This document shows positions 11,326 to 26,295 of a DNA stretch of 64,000 nt, piece by piece. The position numbers and the translations under genes are program-made. Position 1 is the first letter of the stretch. Each line of letters opens with the position of its first letter. The notes beneath the pieces are model-generated. The model was given only the letters and a program-made list of their open reading frames with translations. It searched no databases and had not been told where the DNA came from. The DNA is taken from positions 81,096,001-81,160,000 of the forward strand of contig OX597814.1 of assembly GCA_951406725.2 (NCBI GenBank). Direction: 5' to 3'. The DNA comes from Octopus vulgaris (lineage: Eukaryota).

Positions 11326-14300
11326 TATGTGTGTGTGTGTATGTGTTTGTATTTATACATACATACATATAGGTGCAGGCATGGTTGTGTGGTTAAGAAA
11401 TTTGCTCCCCAACCACATTGATTCAGGTTTAATCTCACTGGGTCTTCTTGTCTTGATATCACACTATAATTGTAAATGTGCTTCAACATCATACATATGG
11501 TGTCCTTTGCTTCCAATCTTCCATGTAAACATGTCCAGTCATGGTGAAATATTACCTTGCTATGAAAAAACAGGTTAGGTGATAGAAGAGCATTTGGCTA
11601 TAGAAAATCTACCTCAACAAATTCTGTCTGAAGTTAAAATGATGATGATGATTACATGTATATGTGTATGTAGAGAGTGAGAGAAAGATGTGAGAGAGAA
11701 CCATTCTCATTGATACACATACTCATATATCGGCAACAAGTATCACATCAGTACATCAGTCTATCTGGTTTTCCAATATAAAACATGTTTAAAAGTCGCC
11801 ATTCAGATGGAACAATGCGTAATTAAAATTCTATATACGTACGTATATGCAAATGTATACTCTCTATTCTGGTACATATACACGTGTATGCAAATAGGTG
11901 TGTAATATTATATGTTGTCTAAACTTTTCTGGTGTTATCATGTTGCTGTTCTAACTGTAGTTGTTTCTGTTATTGTATTGCTCTTGTTATTGTTGTAGTC
12001 TGTTAGATGCATGCAACATCACTAATACAGCAGATATATAATCTGTCTGTAATCTCATTACCCGCCATACTCCTTTCAGTATCAGGCTTGCTTTCTATGC
12101 ATTCTGCGGAAAACTGCAGATATCAGAATATTAACAAGGCTGGTCTAACAAGCTCTAACTTATGTATAGCATTGAAAAATTGGATGGTTGACGACTGTGC
12201 CTTGCTAATGACAATTATAGAAAATAGTTTTTGTTGTTGTTGTTTGTAGTAATGGTGGTGATGATTGTGGAGATGTTTCTGGTGGTTGTAGTGGTGGTGA
12301 GCTCTGATTGAGCAGACATATAATCAGAGTTATTCAGGCTTAGTACATACAGAACTTCATTATTCAAAGTGTTCTTCTATTCTTGTTTTTTTCTTGGAGC
12401 TGCTATTTTTCTTTAAGCTGCTCTTTCTAGTAAGTGAGTGACCAATTAGAGCAAGGATTCTCAACCATTTTTCATCTATGGACTTCTTTGATTATCATTT
12501 TATTCTGATGGAACCCAATAGTATTTCGATGTTTAAAAATTAGTTTTGTAGATATTTCTTTCGAAGTTTATGTGTGAATATGGACAATATTAGAGGAAGA
12601 AACCTCACTGTTTCTTGCAATACATACATCATCACCATCATCATCATCATCATCATCATTGTCCATGGGTTGGACAGTTTGACCAAGGCTAGTAAGCTGA
12701 GGGGCTGCACCAGACTCTAGTCTGATTTGGCATGGCTTTTTTTTTTTTAATACCAGCCCAGTTAATCTCTCTACTTACTTTTTAGTGTTCTGCTGCTCTC
12801 CTTGTTCATCCATTCTATTGTTTTAAATGCAAGTTAACATTACTCAGTCAACAGATCACATTGGATTCATTTCCTGCAGGCTTTAAACATCCATTGCCTA
12901 TGTTGTTGTTGTTACCATTACTCAGCACTAGCCAATCAGACATATGGTCAAAAATGCTCTAACAATGACCATCCTGTCATTTGGTATATTCAATGATTTA
13001 GGCAGAGCTGGGAGAATTATTATATCATAGGGTAAAATGACTTTCAGTGGTAATAAAATGCCTTTCAGTGGTAATAAAATAAGTACCAGTTGAACACATG
13101 TAACTGGCCAACCCCTTGAACACTAAAAAAATAAGTAGAGAGATTAACTGGGCTGGTATTAAAAAAAAAGATTGTCACCCTATCAGTTACAATGACAAGA
13201 GTTCCAGTTGATCCAATCAATAGAACAGCCTACTTGTGAAACTAACATGCAAATGACTGAGTACTCCACAGACTCGTATACCCTTATTGTAGTTCTCAGC
13301 ATGACACAGGATGTGACAAGATTAGCCCTTTGAAGTACAGGTACAATTCGTTTTTGCCAGCTGAATGGACTGGGCAATGGTGAAATAAAGTGTCTTGCTC
13401 AAGGACACAATGCACCAGCAGGAATTGAAGTGACGACCCACACGATCATGAACCAAGTACTCTAACCATTATGTCACATGCCTTCGCTATAGGTATAATA
13501 CAAATGGACATTAGATGTTGGGTGTAAGTATGAGGGGGTTCCTGTTGTAGTGAAAGACATAAAAAAAGAAAGGACACTGGACTTCATATGCAAGTGATGA
13601 AAATGATGGAGATGATAATGATGATATTAGAGATAACTGGATGATTAATATCACTGGTAACATTCTTTAAAATTCTTTTAAAATTTGTGGTTGAAAGTAA
13701 AATAGGAATGGGAAAGAAGCTGGAGAGAGATTCAATGCAAGGGAGAAACTTTAGGGAAAAGTGTTCAGTATGAATTACGACTCTGATATGTTTAACAATG
13801 TTCCAATAGTTTCTGGTTCAGCTTCATTAGAAGGGGGAAAAAAAAATGATGTGAGAAATTAGCCAATCATCCTATTATCTGTTTTTGGTTTCCATAAATA
13901 CTATTGATTTTAGTTCATTCTCCCCACTCTCTCTCTCTTTTTTTTTTTTTTGATGTTTTTAGGTTGAGATATAATGGAAGTATTTCAGCACTTCAGTCTT
14001 TCAGTTACACCCTCACGTCAAAAATAATTAGAATTTCTATCAAAAGATTTTTGTTATTCAGATGCTTTAAATCGGTATCTTTTAAAATCACAAATTTAGG
14101 TTTTACTTTCCATTAGAATTATTCATTTTTCTCCTTCTTTATATTTCCTACTTTAGAAATTATCAGTTTATGTAAATTTTCGCTTTACTAATTAGGGTTT
14201 ATCAAAAATAAGATGCTATTAAATGTATAGACATTTTTAGCAAATATCTTTGCTGCTTTTTTGGAAATAATTATTGAAAAACTCTATTTATTAATATTGT

Positions 14301-15836
14301 ACACATTAACTTTAATTCTGTTTTTACCTCCTACACACATAAATAGAACAAGATCTGAAATTTTTGCTTAATTTTATTAGTCTTCTTTTAACTATATTGC
14401 TTCTTTTGCAAGCAGTAGTAACATGGGTAGTAAAACAGTCTGCAGAATGTTTATAATAAAGTTGTATCATAAAATAGCGCCATATATTTAAATAGCAGTA
14501 TTATCATAATCATTATCAACATCAACATTTTTTTTCTCATTATTGTTGTCATCATCATAATCCTCCTCATTACTATCAACATTTTTTTCATGTCTTATTC
14601 TTCTTTCCTAGTGTGAATTAAATGAGTGTGTATGTAATATGGCCTATGACCATCTTCCTCGTTCATGCCTTATCTCAACTGGAATGTTGTTTATAAACTA
14701 TAGAGAAAAATGTTAAATAGATAAAGATAAAAGGTTAACTAGTTTTAAAAAGTGGACAGATTCACTATAAGACTGAAGTAACTGTCCAACATCCTAGTTT
14801 GGAGTGATCTGTAGTTGTGTTGGATGCCACTAGATCAAATCTCTAATATGTATGTATACATGTGTGTTTCTGCATGCATGTTTAGTGAGGTGTGGGTGGA
14901 TGTGTGCAGAGATGGCTATGTGGTTATAAAGTGCATTTCCTAACCACATGGATTTGGGTTCCATCCTACATTGTGACACCTTGTGTAACTGGTTTCTGCT
15001 GTAGCCTTGGGCTGGACAATGCCTTGTGAGCAAAATTTTGTTTAGGCCTCCTATAAACATGTGGTTCCAACATGTGAAGACTAATGGAATAAAAATAACT
15101 TACTGGAAAACAAGTAAGGGTTGTTGAAAAGAAAGACATCTAGTCATAAAGTACTACCTCAATGACATTTGTCCACCACATATCAACAAGGAAAAGTGAA
15201 CCATAAAAATGATGATGATGATGATGGTGCACATGTGCGCACTCATGCACGCAGACACGCACACACACATGAGCTTGATATCACACTGATCATTTTGATT
15301 AAATCTTTATATTTCAGCCTTTTTTCCTCCACTTTTGGTTGCAAGGACCCCTCTTTTAAGTTTTGGTCTCATAAGCCATTATTAACCTTCTTCCACTTTG
15401 GGCCTTGATGATCTTCAGCCCACTAGTTTAAATGAATTTTTTTTCCTTTTTATTCCTTCATACCTTTCTAATACAGTAATCCTATTTTTAGCCTTCTCAC
15501 CTTAATTTTTCCCTCCATCTCACACTTACCAGCTTATCTTCCACATTTCGTTTCTCTTTCCTTTTCTCACTCTCACCTATTTGCTCATTCCGACTATTTC
15601 TTGTCTATGAATGCACACTCATATTGTCTTGTGTTTCCCATCAGCTGCAACCAGTTGCTCAAACGTAGATGATATAAAGCTACTGTTTTTCCTCTTTTTG
15701 TTTTCTTCCTAATGTCCTCTTAAACATGAAAAAGTGTTGGATATTTCACTCTCCACGAAAATTTTACTTGAACTCAGTTTTATTATATATATATGTATCC
15801 GCGCGTGTGTGTGTATGTGTATGTGTGTGTGTGTGT

Positions 15837-16716
15837 ACACTTCCTGACTAAATGATAAATTTTGGAACGTTCATGTGGCAATTTCATAACTGATATTCTA
15901 ATATCTAATTATTAATTTCTTTAGTTTCCGTGCTGGTGGCACGTAAAATGCACCAATCCAACTGTGGCCGATGCCAGCCTCGCCTGGCACCAGTGCAGGT
16001 GGCACATATAAAGCACCCACTACACTCACGGAGTGGTTGGCGTTAGGAAGGGCATCCAGCTGTAGAAACATTGCCAGATAAGACCGGAGCCTGGTGCAGC
16101 CTTCTGGCTTCCCAGATCCCCGGTCGAACCGTCCAACCCATGCTAGCATGGAGAACGGACGTTAAACGATGATGATGATGATGATTTATCATCAAGCCTC
16201 TTAATTACAAGTCAGATTATATGACAAATCTTTCACCATCTTGGTATCATTGGATGTTTAATTCCTTTTAACTTGTAATTTAAGCAACTTAAAATCTAGT
16301 TTCTTTCAACTATGCAAAGCTACAAATCATATAATGGTCGTGTCTAAACAGACCTATTAACCTCTGCTCTTTAATTGGCAAGTTTCCTTCATGTTCTGGT
16401 GTTCTTTTTGAGTAGCTACAATCAGTTCTGCTTGAGCATAACTATGGCACAGAAGTAGCCAGTGAAAAGATTAGTTAGTGACCCACATCTCCAGCACTTC
16501 AATTAGAAATAAGATGTCCAACATCACTGTTAATGTTGGACTTCATTGTATAAACAGCTGTTTAGTTATGGCAGTCATCATGATCATGATCTCCAGTGGC
16601 CTTTTTATTATAGATATGATAATCTAGTGGCTGGAATGAGTGGATGTTAAACTAAACACATTACTTCTTGGTGTTGCACTATGAGTTCAAATCCCACTGG
16701 ATTCAACTTTTATCTT
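15837..16716 (+). repeat. Duplicated non-coding block, copy 1 (partner 29345-29950)
   Basis: Colinear similarity over ~600 bp once the 15924-16184 insertion is removed. The core 16314-16438 is identical to 29557-29681. Confidence 0.95.
15924..16184 (+). mobile_element. Young RTE 3'-tail element with (GAT)n tail and TTTA target duplication
   Basis: CpG-rich; ends ggacgttaaacgatgatgatgatgatga; flanked by ttta at 15920-15923 and 16185-16188; absent from the paralogous block at ~29430. Confidence 0.9.
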
Positions 16717-17120
16717 GCTATCAGTTGCGACTTGTTCATGTATGCACATGTGTGTGTCTGTGTGCTTGAATGTTTAGATTCCATGTTTTTCTATGACTGT
16801 TTAAGCAAAATGACAATGTTATGTTTACATTCCCTTTAAAACAATATGCTCTGAACTTTCAAATATTCCTCTACTTGGAAAAGAAGTAAGGGTCACCAAC
16901 AGCATTAACATCTGCATATATGATACTGCCTCAATAATAAGTCTTTGCCCAACCTATTCTAGAGTGGATATACAGAGATAAAATGATGGAATAGAAATAT
17001 ATGATATGCATAAATATGTGTGGGTGGGTGGATGGATGGATGGATGGATATGTTTTATACATAATTGTACTTTATACATATAAACAGTTTTACATACATA
17101 AAAATGTTTTATAATTACAA

Positions 17121-17168
<48 letters not shown>

Positions 17169-17552
17169 ATATAGTAAAATGTGTTTTCTGCAGATAAATG
17201 TGTTTAAAACATAAATACGTAGTAAACATATAAATATGCTTTTGTGTATTGAACTGATTGATTACCTGCTGTTTCCATTCTTACACAATCAATAATATGC
17301 ATTGTCTTACAATTTCTCAGTTGTTCAAATGCTGCCTCACAATCTTCACTATCATTTACAATGTCCTTGTTTCATTTGTTTCCATCTGGGAATGACTAAC
17401 AAGCTATATTGTGCATATTTCTTGCAGAACAAACTTCCAAGTGCTTCTGTAGATGTAAGTGGATATATGTTTGCATTCATTTGTTTAAATACATGCTTGT
17501 GTGTGTGAATGTGTATGTTCATATCTGTGCATGTACATGTAGATCAATATCT

Positions 17553-17585
<33 letters not shown>

Positions 17586-18309
17586 TGTGTGCGTGCATGC
17601 ACATGTGTGCATATATTTATTTTGATTTCTTAGAATTTCAGATTAATTGTTTAATCTCTCTGGAGCAAAATCTTTTGCATTATTAACAAAGCCTATTTAA
17701 TTATTCAAACTCGTTATTTGCATATTTGAAGTAAATTTCTTCCTTTATTCTCATTGTCGTCATCATTTTGTTATCACTATCATCATCAATATTAGGATTA
17801 TTATCTCTCTTGTTATTGTAACAATATACTTATTTTCATTATTATTATAAACATTATTTTAGATATTTCTATCAATATTATTTTCTTTACATTATTTTTT
17901 TTTAAATCAAGCAAAACATTTTCTTTTGTCAAACACAAATCTCATTGTCTTCAGAGCAGACATAGATCCTGAGTACCAAATGCAATGGTACCAAGAAGAA
18001 AGTGATAGCAAGGACAGTGTTGGTGTTGTTTAATTTAACTGAAGATCACTGTACTTCAGCAGACCTAAAATAAAAGGCATTCCAACTCTGCCCATCTTGA
18101 CATTTTAGGGATATCTAGAACTACATTATATTATGTGGCCTTTCTATTTTTAATGGTAGGGTTGTTTGTTGTTTGAAGGAAAGTTTACTGCTATTTCTAG
18201 CAGTTTCACTGACTATATAGAAATTTACTCTGATCTGAAGGTGTTTATATTGGAAACTGGTCTTATTGCTAGTGATGGTGGAACACTCCAAAAGAAGGAG
18301 AGATAATGT

Positions 18310-18935
18310 ACTCTCCATGCTGGCATGGGTTGGACAGTTTGACTGAAGACTGGCAAGCCAGAAGGCTGTGCCAGGCTCCAATCTAATCTGGCAGAGTTTC
18401 TACAGCTGGATGCCCTTCCTAATGCCAACCACTCTGTGAGTGTAGTGGGTGCTTTTTACATGCCACCAGCAAAGGGCCAGTCAGGCATTACTGACATAGA
18501 TCACACTTGAATGGTGCTTTTTACATGCCACCAGCATGGGAGCCAGTCAAGTGGCTCTAGCATTAACCACACTCGAATGTTGCTTTTTATGTGCCACCAA
18601 CACAGGTGCCAGTTAGGCAGTACTGATGACTTGACTCAACAGGTCTTCACAAGCATAGTTTATTGCCCAATGATTGAAGGGTACTCTTAAATGGGCCGGT
18701 TATGCTGCACTGCCATAGGCCATGGTCATAGTCTCACTTGGCTTGCTGTGTCTTCTCAAGCACAGCATATCTCCAAAGGTCTCAGTCACTCGTTATTGCT
18801 TCCGTGAGACACAATGTCCAACTTTACTCTCAAGGTGCTTATACTCTGTCACACACGCACACTAACATTACACATCCATCGGAGCATACTAGCTTCATTT
18901 CTTGCAAGCTTACGCATGTCCTCAGCAGTAAGGAT
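18310..18935 (-). mobile_element. RTE LINE 3' end
   Basis: Minus strand gives TAEDMRKLARNEASMLRWMCNVSV, followed by the repetitive 3' UTR and the shared tail. Confidence 0.85.
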
Positions 18936-20005
18936 TGGGGAGTATTAAGCCTTTGGAGGTGTTTGGGGGAAAGACATCCAATAGCGGTCAGAGGATAGAG
19001 ACTTTGGTACCAGTGGTGGGGATGGGAAGGGTAGGCACACCACAAAACAGCAAAAACTCAGGCTGCCAGTGTGAAGGAATAGTAATAATAATAAGATAGA
19101 ATTGGGCATTTGCATTCTTAACTGGGGCTATAACCAACAGTTTTTGGTCAGCCAAACTGTGACAAAATTAGAGAAATGAATGAATAAATGACAATAATAA
19201 ATGAGTGGGAAAGAGAGGGAGAAGGGAGAAAGAGGTAGAGTTGAATTGAGCTTAGGCATCTTAAGTTTTTTTTTATTATTGAAAATTTTTTTTTTCTCTA
19301 AACATATGGCATGCAAGACGAAACTGTGTTTACATAGATAATGTAATGAAATATTAAAGTAATTATAATTTGCACTATAAAAGAGGTTTTGGACATGTGC
19401 TAGGTTGGAGAACAAAGTTGCTTATCTGCACATCTTCTGATTTTTACTTCATGTGGAAAGGTATAAAATAATATGAGGTAGGGGAATCTGAATGAGCTAG
19501 TTTATATAGGGTGGGGTGAGCTGGGGTTTAGTGGAGCTAAAGTGTTGGAAGAAACAGGTGTTTAATGAAACTGAGAGAGAGAAAGAGAGAGAGAGCAGGG
19601 TTAGCTGGTCAAAGATAGAAAACGAGGAGACGGAATTTTGGGGATTTAGGGTAACATAATGGAGTGAATGGGTTTAACATTGCCCCTACTGGTGTGAAAG
19701 AATAGTAATAATAATAATGAGATAGAATTGAGAACTGCGAAACAGCAAAAGCTCAGGCTACTGGTGTGAAAGAGTAGTAATATATCTATATATAGATATA
19801 GATATATATATACTTTTTATTTGTGGGTATGTATATACACACAAACACACAAAAATGTGTGTGTGTATGAACACAGGCATGCATAAACACATACCTTAGG
19901 CTTCTACTCTAGCCCTTGGTTGACCAGTACCTTGTGAGTGGATTTGATAGATGAAAGCTGCTATTATATATGTGTGTATTTTTGTGTCTCCTTATCTTGA
20001 TACTG

Positions 20006-20245
20006 TGGAGGCGTGTGGCTTAGTGGTTAAGGTGTCAGCATCATGATCATAAGATTGTGGTTTCGATTCCCGGACCGGGCGACGTGTTGTGTTCTTTAGC
20101 AAAACACTTCATTTCAGTTCACTCAGATGGCAAAAATGACTAACGCTGCGATGGACTGGCGTCCCGTCCAGCTAGGGAACACATACACCACAGAAACTGG
20201 GAAACCGGGCCCTTGAACCTGGCTTGGCTTTAAAAGGGTGCATTT
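20006..20245 (+). mobile_element. Young tRNA-derived SINE with Pol III A and B boxes
   Basis: A box tggcttagtgg, B box ggtttcgattcc, central gcgatggactggcgtcccgtccag. An older reverse copy lies at ~41985-42217. Confidence 0.85.
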
Positions 20246-20738
20246 ATTTTTTATTATTATCTTGACACTGCATGTTAGTTGTACATGATTGTTATTATCA
20301 TACAAGCATTATTCCGCAAAGACATGTTTGTTTACGTAAAAATATTACCTTGCTTGGAAATAAGCAGTGGTTGGTGACAGTAAGTACACCCATCCATAGA
20401 AATCAGACTCCATAAATTCTGTCTAACCCATGAAAATGATGAAACTTGTAAGTAAAACAGATAAAATGTCTTAAGCATTCAACTACTAGGTCATTGATTT
20501 TGACTCAGTAACTGGTGTTTCATTGTATTTTTTCGCAGACCCACTTTATTCCATGGGAGTTGTGTTTATTTAGTTGATGGAAATAAATACCATTCTGTTT
20601 AACAGATAATTGTAAGACTGTCAAATCGCTTTGAAACTAAAGAGATGTAGAGATCTTTGTTTTATGCATAACTGCTTACAAATTTATCATGCACACAGTT
20701 TTAATTAATTTATGCAACCATTTTTTTTTCTTTTATAG

Positions 20739-20795
20739 GTAAGCAATATATTTACGCTGTCTTCATTCAAGAATATGAATTTCTTTGAGAGAGTG
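20739..20795 (+). CDS. Candidate 57-nt exon (VSNIFTLSSFKNMNFFERV, or start exon MNFFERV); product unknown
   Basis: Strong acceptor tttttttttcttttatag and consensus donor GTG|gtaagt. Only phase 0 is open, and the context is non-repetitive. Confidence 0.5.
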
Positions 20796-23700
20796 GTAAG
20801 TAAAGACATATTTGAGCCAAAGATGACCTATTTCAATGTGAAATCTGATCTTTGTTGGAATCAGTATTCTGACAGGTGCTAATGACAGATCCTCTTCATA
20901 GTTTCTTGACTTTTTACTTATAGCAACCAAATTTCCTTCAAATCATGTTTCAAGCTACAATACCTTTGATCATAGATCTTCGTAGTTAGGGTTGATCTGA
21001 TGCTAAACAGTAATATTGTGGATAAATATCAGATATATTTAGTACTTTATCTAACCTTCATAAACTTGGACAAGTTAGAGTTTTTTACTCAAAAAAATTG
21101 ACAGTGAAAAACTACATGCAACTTACCCACTGAACTCTGTGTGGTGGCTGACAATATATCACACACGCACATACACACACACACACACGCACACACATGC
21201 ATATGCATAATTGATTGTGCAAGATTGATTGGCCATGTCTCTATTAAGTCTTCATGAATCTCCTCATCAAGAAAAGAAATATATTTTTGACACCATCATG
21301 CTTGAGCAGTTAAACAAACATAACTGTGGTCATATGTCTTCCCTCTACATGAAATATATTTGCACAGTTCTCTATGGGCCATCTGTAATTCTAATACCCA
21401 TTAGATGCTGCATATATTGTCAGTCAGTCAGAAGGAGAGCCTTAAAAGCACCAGGTTATCAATTCGTTCTGAGCATAGATCATAACAACACATTGCTATG
21501 ATATCGTTTGCTAGACTGTTTTAGCAATAATTGGAATGGTTTCAGTTTAATATTTTGCTTTTTTATTTAATTCAGATTATTTTGTCAAATGTAATAATTA
21601 TTTATTCACATTGTTTTGAATTAATAAGGCATTATCTCATAGCTTCCAGATTCTAATGATGAGACTGTTTATTTTTAGAATGACATGGTAGGGGAGGTGT
21701 GAGAAGTAGATCTGGCCAGTTCAAGCATAAAACAGATAGAATATTTTAGATTTGATATGGCCAATTTAAATGCTAAATGGTGAAACCCTACTGCAAGTGG
21801 AGTTGTTAACAGTATTTATGAAAAACAACATGTAATTTATGTACATGTCAAAAACTAAAGCCAAAATATAAACACAAAGAAGGTGATACTTTTCAATCGC
21901 TGTGACTTATATGATTCATTAGCAATTTCTTTTTCTTCTTCGGTATTATACTTCCAGCTATTGTTCATGAGCTTTCCTAATTAGTTCTGACTGAGCAGGC
22001 CTATGAATAATGCGTTGAAATCTTGATCGTCTAATCCTTGTTGAAATAATAATGTATCCTCAACTACATTACTCTGGATATCATGTTCTCATCTCTTTTT
22101 GAGAAGGTAGTGGATGTGATTTGGTTTCTATATCAACCAGGTTTGAGTAGCTGTATAGAGGCTTTTGCTTTGGGTCATTCTGCCTTTAATCTGTAGGAGT
22201 AAAGAAGGTTTTGTGCTTGAACTGTCTGCTGGATATTAGTGTCATTTATTTAATAAACCTAGAGGGATGAAAAGCATTGTCAGCCTCCAAACATGACATA
22301 AACTCAGGAACAGGAGCCCATTATCTAGATTTCATAAGCCATCTAATTCCAGTGCTACATCTGTGAGATTGTTTTATTTAATGTTTATTACATTATGAAA
22401 GGGATTAGTGTCTTAAGTGAAGTTATGTGAAGTAGCAAGGGCTGGAAATGAAAACTAGTTCTAGTATCTTGTTAGAAGCTCTCTTACAACTTATTTGACA
22501 GTATTTATTCATGCATTTGATGCTGATTATTTGTTTTCTCTGTAGGGAGAAGGTATATGATTTTTCCAGGAAGAATAACCGGATGCTAAAATGTTTGTCT
22601 TTCACTAAGAGCATTAGTTATACAAGTAAATTGAAATGGCTTTGAGAAAGAGTAAAATTTGCTAAAATACTGCTAATAATTTGGTTTGACTAGAGTTCTA
22701 TGATTGGATTTATTATTTATCAACCACAACCAAGAGGTGGGGGTCATGAGGAATGTCGGTTTGCAGAATGTGTTTCTTTCTCCCTCCCTCCCTCCCTCCC
22801 TCCCTCTCCATACACATTGGTTTTAATTCAGAATAAGATACAAATTTAAATTGATACTCTATAAAGAAGTTAATTTAGTCTTTGTTTAAAGCAATTTGCA
22901 AACTTTAAAACCCCTTAAGGGGGCATATACAGTATGTCAAACAGTGTGTCATATTTTCAACATTGTCTGACTTTCATTGCCAGCTAACCCAAAATATATT
23001 TTAGTGCAAGACTAAATATATTTTCTTATATAGAATTAATATTTTAATATTGCTCTATAGTGTGTTTCATAAAGTCCCTTGTTAATTTCTATCTGAAAGT
23101 ACATGCAACTTGTTCCTGCAAAATTTTACTAAAATGATGCAAACATCCATTTTCCCATGCTAACATGGGTTAGACACGGAGTTGTTTGGGGTAGGATTTT
23201 ATAGACAGATGCTCTCCTTCTCACCAACCCTTACCTGTTTTTCAAATATAGGATTTTATTTTTGTTCGACATTGATATTCACTAAGAAAGGTTAAAGGTA
23301 CCCAGGACTGTAGACTACTCAGCCATTTACATGCTAATTCAATGAACAGACCATTTCCATTGATCAATCAATTGGAACACTTATCATTGAAACCAAACAA
23401 AGATCCATTTACACATGCATGCGCACACGTACGCACACACACACACACATACACATACACACACACGTGGGTGTAAAGTAAATTCATGAAATCTTTATTG
23501 AAAATTCCTTCACATTGTTAAGCAATCAGATTCCTTTTTTGAACAAATTTACAACTTGGAAAAAAATCATTTCTGTAGAAACTTTTAGCATTAATTTGAT
23601 TTCTCTTCCATTTCCTGATAACGTTTAGAAAGAGATAAAAGTTGAGGTAGTGGGGAATGAATTAAATAAAAAAAGAGATAAAATAGCTATTGCTTAAACT

Positions 23701-24619
23701 GGATTATGAAACTAATGCACTGCTTGCTATGTTACCAGAGTAACAAAAGTAGTGTCTATACAGATGTTCAAATCACTAGAAAGAGCAACCAAATCACACC
23801 TCATTATCCCACCCTACCCTCTTATAAAAGAAATAACTATTTAGGACAATGTGGTTTGAGATACAGTGTATGAATTGAAAACACGAGATGGTCATGACTG
23901 GAATGTTTTTGGTAATAGATTTGCTCTAATGTGACTGACCAGAGTGTAAACAGCAATGTAGATAATTCAGTGAGGGTGTGTGTGTATGATCTCCAAATTT
24001 GCTTATAAATAGCAACCACCTCTCCCTCTAATCCAAAATTATAAAGAAAGGACTTGTTGAATATTCTGTTTCTAGATTTATTATGTCTAAAATTGTTTTG
24101 CCTTTCTTTTATAATGTGGAATGGCCATGGCTGGAACATCTTTGATCATAGATCTTTTTTATCAGGGCCTACCTTGGACTAAACAACAATATGCCTTTGA
24201 TTATCAATTATAAACTTTCCATTTTAAATGCCTATGTGGAATTAGATAAAGCAAGCTTACCCATTGCTTGCTTCCACACACAAACATAAAATACACACAC
24301 AAAAACAACAAAAAAACCTGACAATTTCTAAAGAATTTCATTATAAAATGCCGACGGCATATATAATGAATATAAATGGCACCAGTGATAGATCTAAGCA
24401 GTGTCGAAATAAATAAGTAAATAAGCAGAATAGTAAATATATTTTAAAAACCACAAAAAATTCAGCTGCTTCTCCTCAAAGTGGAATTTCTATCATAATC
24501 TATTTAGTTTCAATTGCAATGTTTTGTAATTTGTATATGTGAAATATAAATCTGCAGGCTTCAAATATTGACCCAGTGAATCTATTCAGAGCTTGAAAGA
24601 CAGCATAAGGTTCTATATA

Positions 24620-24625
24620 TTTATG

Positions 24626-24691
<66 letters not shown>

Positions 24692-24880
24692 TATATACAT
24701 ATACATATATATATACATATACATATGTATATATACACTTATATATATACATATGTATATATACACTTATATATATACATATATACATATACATATACAT
24801 ATATATATATACACTTATATATATACATATATATATATACATACACATACACATACACATGCATGCACACACACACTCAC
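24620..24880. repeat. Compound (TACA)/(TA)/(TACATA) microsatellite
   Basis: Direct reading; it explains the IYIY ORFs in the track. Confidence 0.95.
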
Positions 24881-25785
24881 ACTGGTTTGGTGATGCCAAC
24901 AGGAAATATAGAACTTAAAACATGAGTATATTTACTTTTTTTATTAATATTTAGCAGAAGCAACAGAGTGACTCAGTGTTAGCACTTATCAAATACATGT
25001 ACATGTGTATTTCTATATTTCTGTGTGTGTGTGTGTGTGTGTGCATGTATGCGCATGGACGTATGCATGCATGCATGCACATGCATGTAATAACAGCAGT
25101 AGAAGAACTGAGTTTTCAACAGTTGTTTACTCTGAGGTTTGCATTGTCACTTTTCAAAGCAATATTCAAGTGAAACTCAGACACACGACTGTTGTATATC
25201 CTGTTTTGTTACTATTGTTATTATATTTACCTCTGTATTGACTAATATCTACTTATATTTGAATTAACAAGATAGATGTGTGTGTGTGTATGTAGAAAGA
25301 AAGAGATATACAGCTGGGTAGATAGTACTCACTTCTGCTCATCTTGTTTTACATAGGCACTTCATCACCACTATTTTTATATCACTTTCTAGTTTCACCT
25401 GATCACCTCCACCCTCTCTTTTAAAATCTAAATAGTCATGTAGCTCCTCTGCAGCAAGAAATCTGTGCAGCTCTGGCCCCTTCTCTCATGCATTAATTCC
25501 TCATCACCTTGTATAAAGCTGACACCACAGGGTTCATACGCTTGCAAGCTCCATGGCAACATCATTAGTGCTGATGGCTCAAAAAATGTACTCAGTACAC
25601 ATTGTAAAGTGGGTGGCATTAGAAAGGGCATGCAGTTGTGGAAACATGCCACAGCACAAGAACCTAACACATCTGATCCTGTCAAAGCAATCGATCTATG
25701 CCCACTAGTGTAAATTGAGTGCTTGCCCTTCAGTTTGTCACCCTCGGGCATTCATAAAGTGCTGCCTGGGGCAGACTGCCCACTC

Positions 25786-26295
25786 TACATAACTATCTTT
25801 CATTTCTTCAGTTAACTTTGTGATCTTGGTCGAAGTTTTTCTCACTTGAGAAAAACCAAATCAAATCAAATCTTCTGCTGGATTTTTCAGTTTGTTTAAG
25901 AGCCTTTTAGATCTGGTGTAGTGATCTTTTGCATTTTCTGACAAATTGACCCTTCCACATCATATAAGACTTATATCTGATGGCTTCATGGACAACATTT
26001 CTGACTGTTCCTTCTGACACATGGAGATCTTTTGCAATTGACCTCATAGACTTTCTGGGAATGTAATCAATGGTCTGTTGAACTTGCTAGTGTTCTGATG
26101 ATTTCAGAGCATTTAGAGTGCTTTTTATGCTTTGATACTGGTGATACGTTTTCATCTTCAGTCTCTAGTTCCTTACAAACTTTGTAGATGAAAGATCTGG
26201 TAACTTTTAAAATTCAAGATATTTCTAAATCACGCCTTTATAACCACAATAACAGCATGCTTCTTCATTTCTTGAGGAAGCTGAGGGTCTGCCAT
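25786..26295 (-). pseudogene. Tc1/mariner (maT/DD37D-like) transposase, N-terminal half, degraded
   Basis: MADPQLPQEMKKHAVIV..., KELETEDENVSPVSKHKKHSK, PRKSMRSIAKDLHVSEGTVRNVVHE.IRYKSY and WFFSSEKNFDQD, with frameshifts. Confidence 0.88.

Noticed and set aside
16314-16438. snoRNA or known miRNA identity for the invariant core
   Set aside because: No C/D boxes, H and ACA spacing is not convincing, and I recognise no mature miRNA; left unassigned.
20006-20080. tRNA-like sequence
   Set aside because: It has A and B boxes but no complete cloverleaf and runs into a SINE body, so it is a SINE head and not a tRNA gene.
22545-22625. Acceptor ttttctctgtag followed by one open frame
   Set aside because: The donor is ambiguous and the peptide unrecognised; such sites arise by chance in AT-rich DNA.
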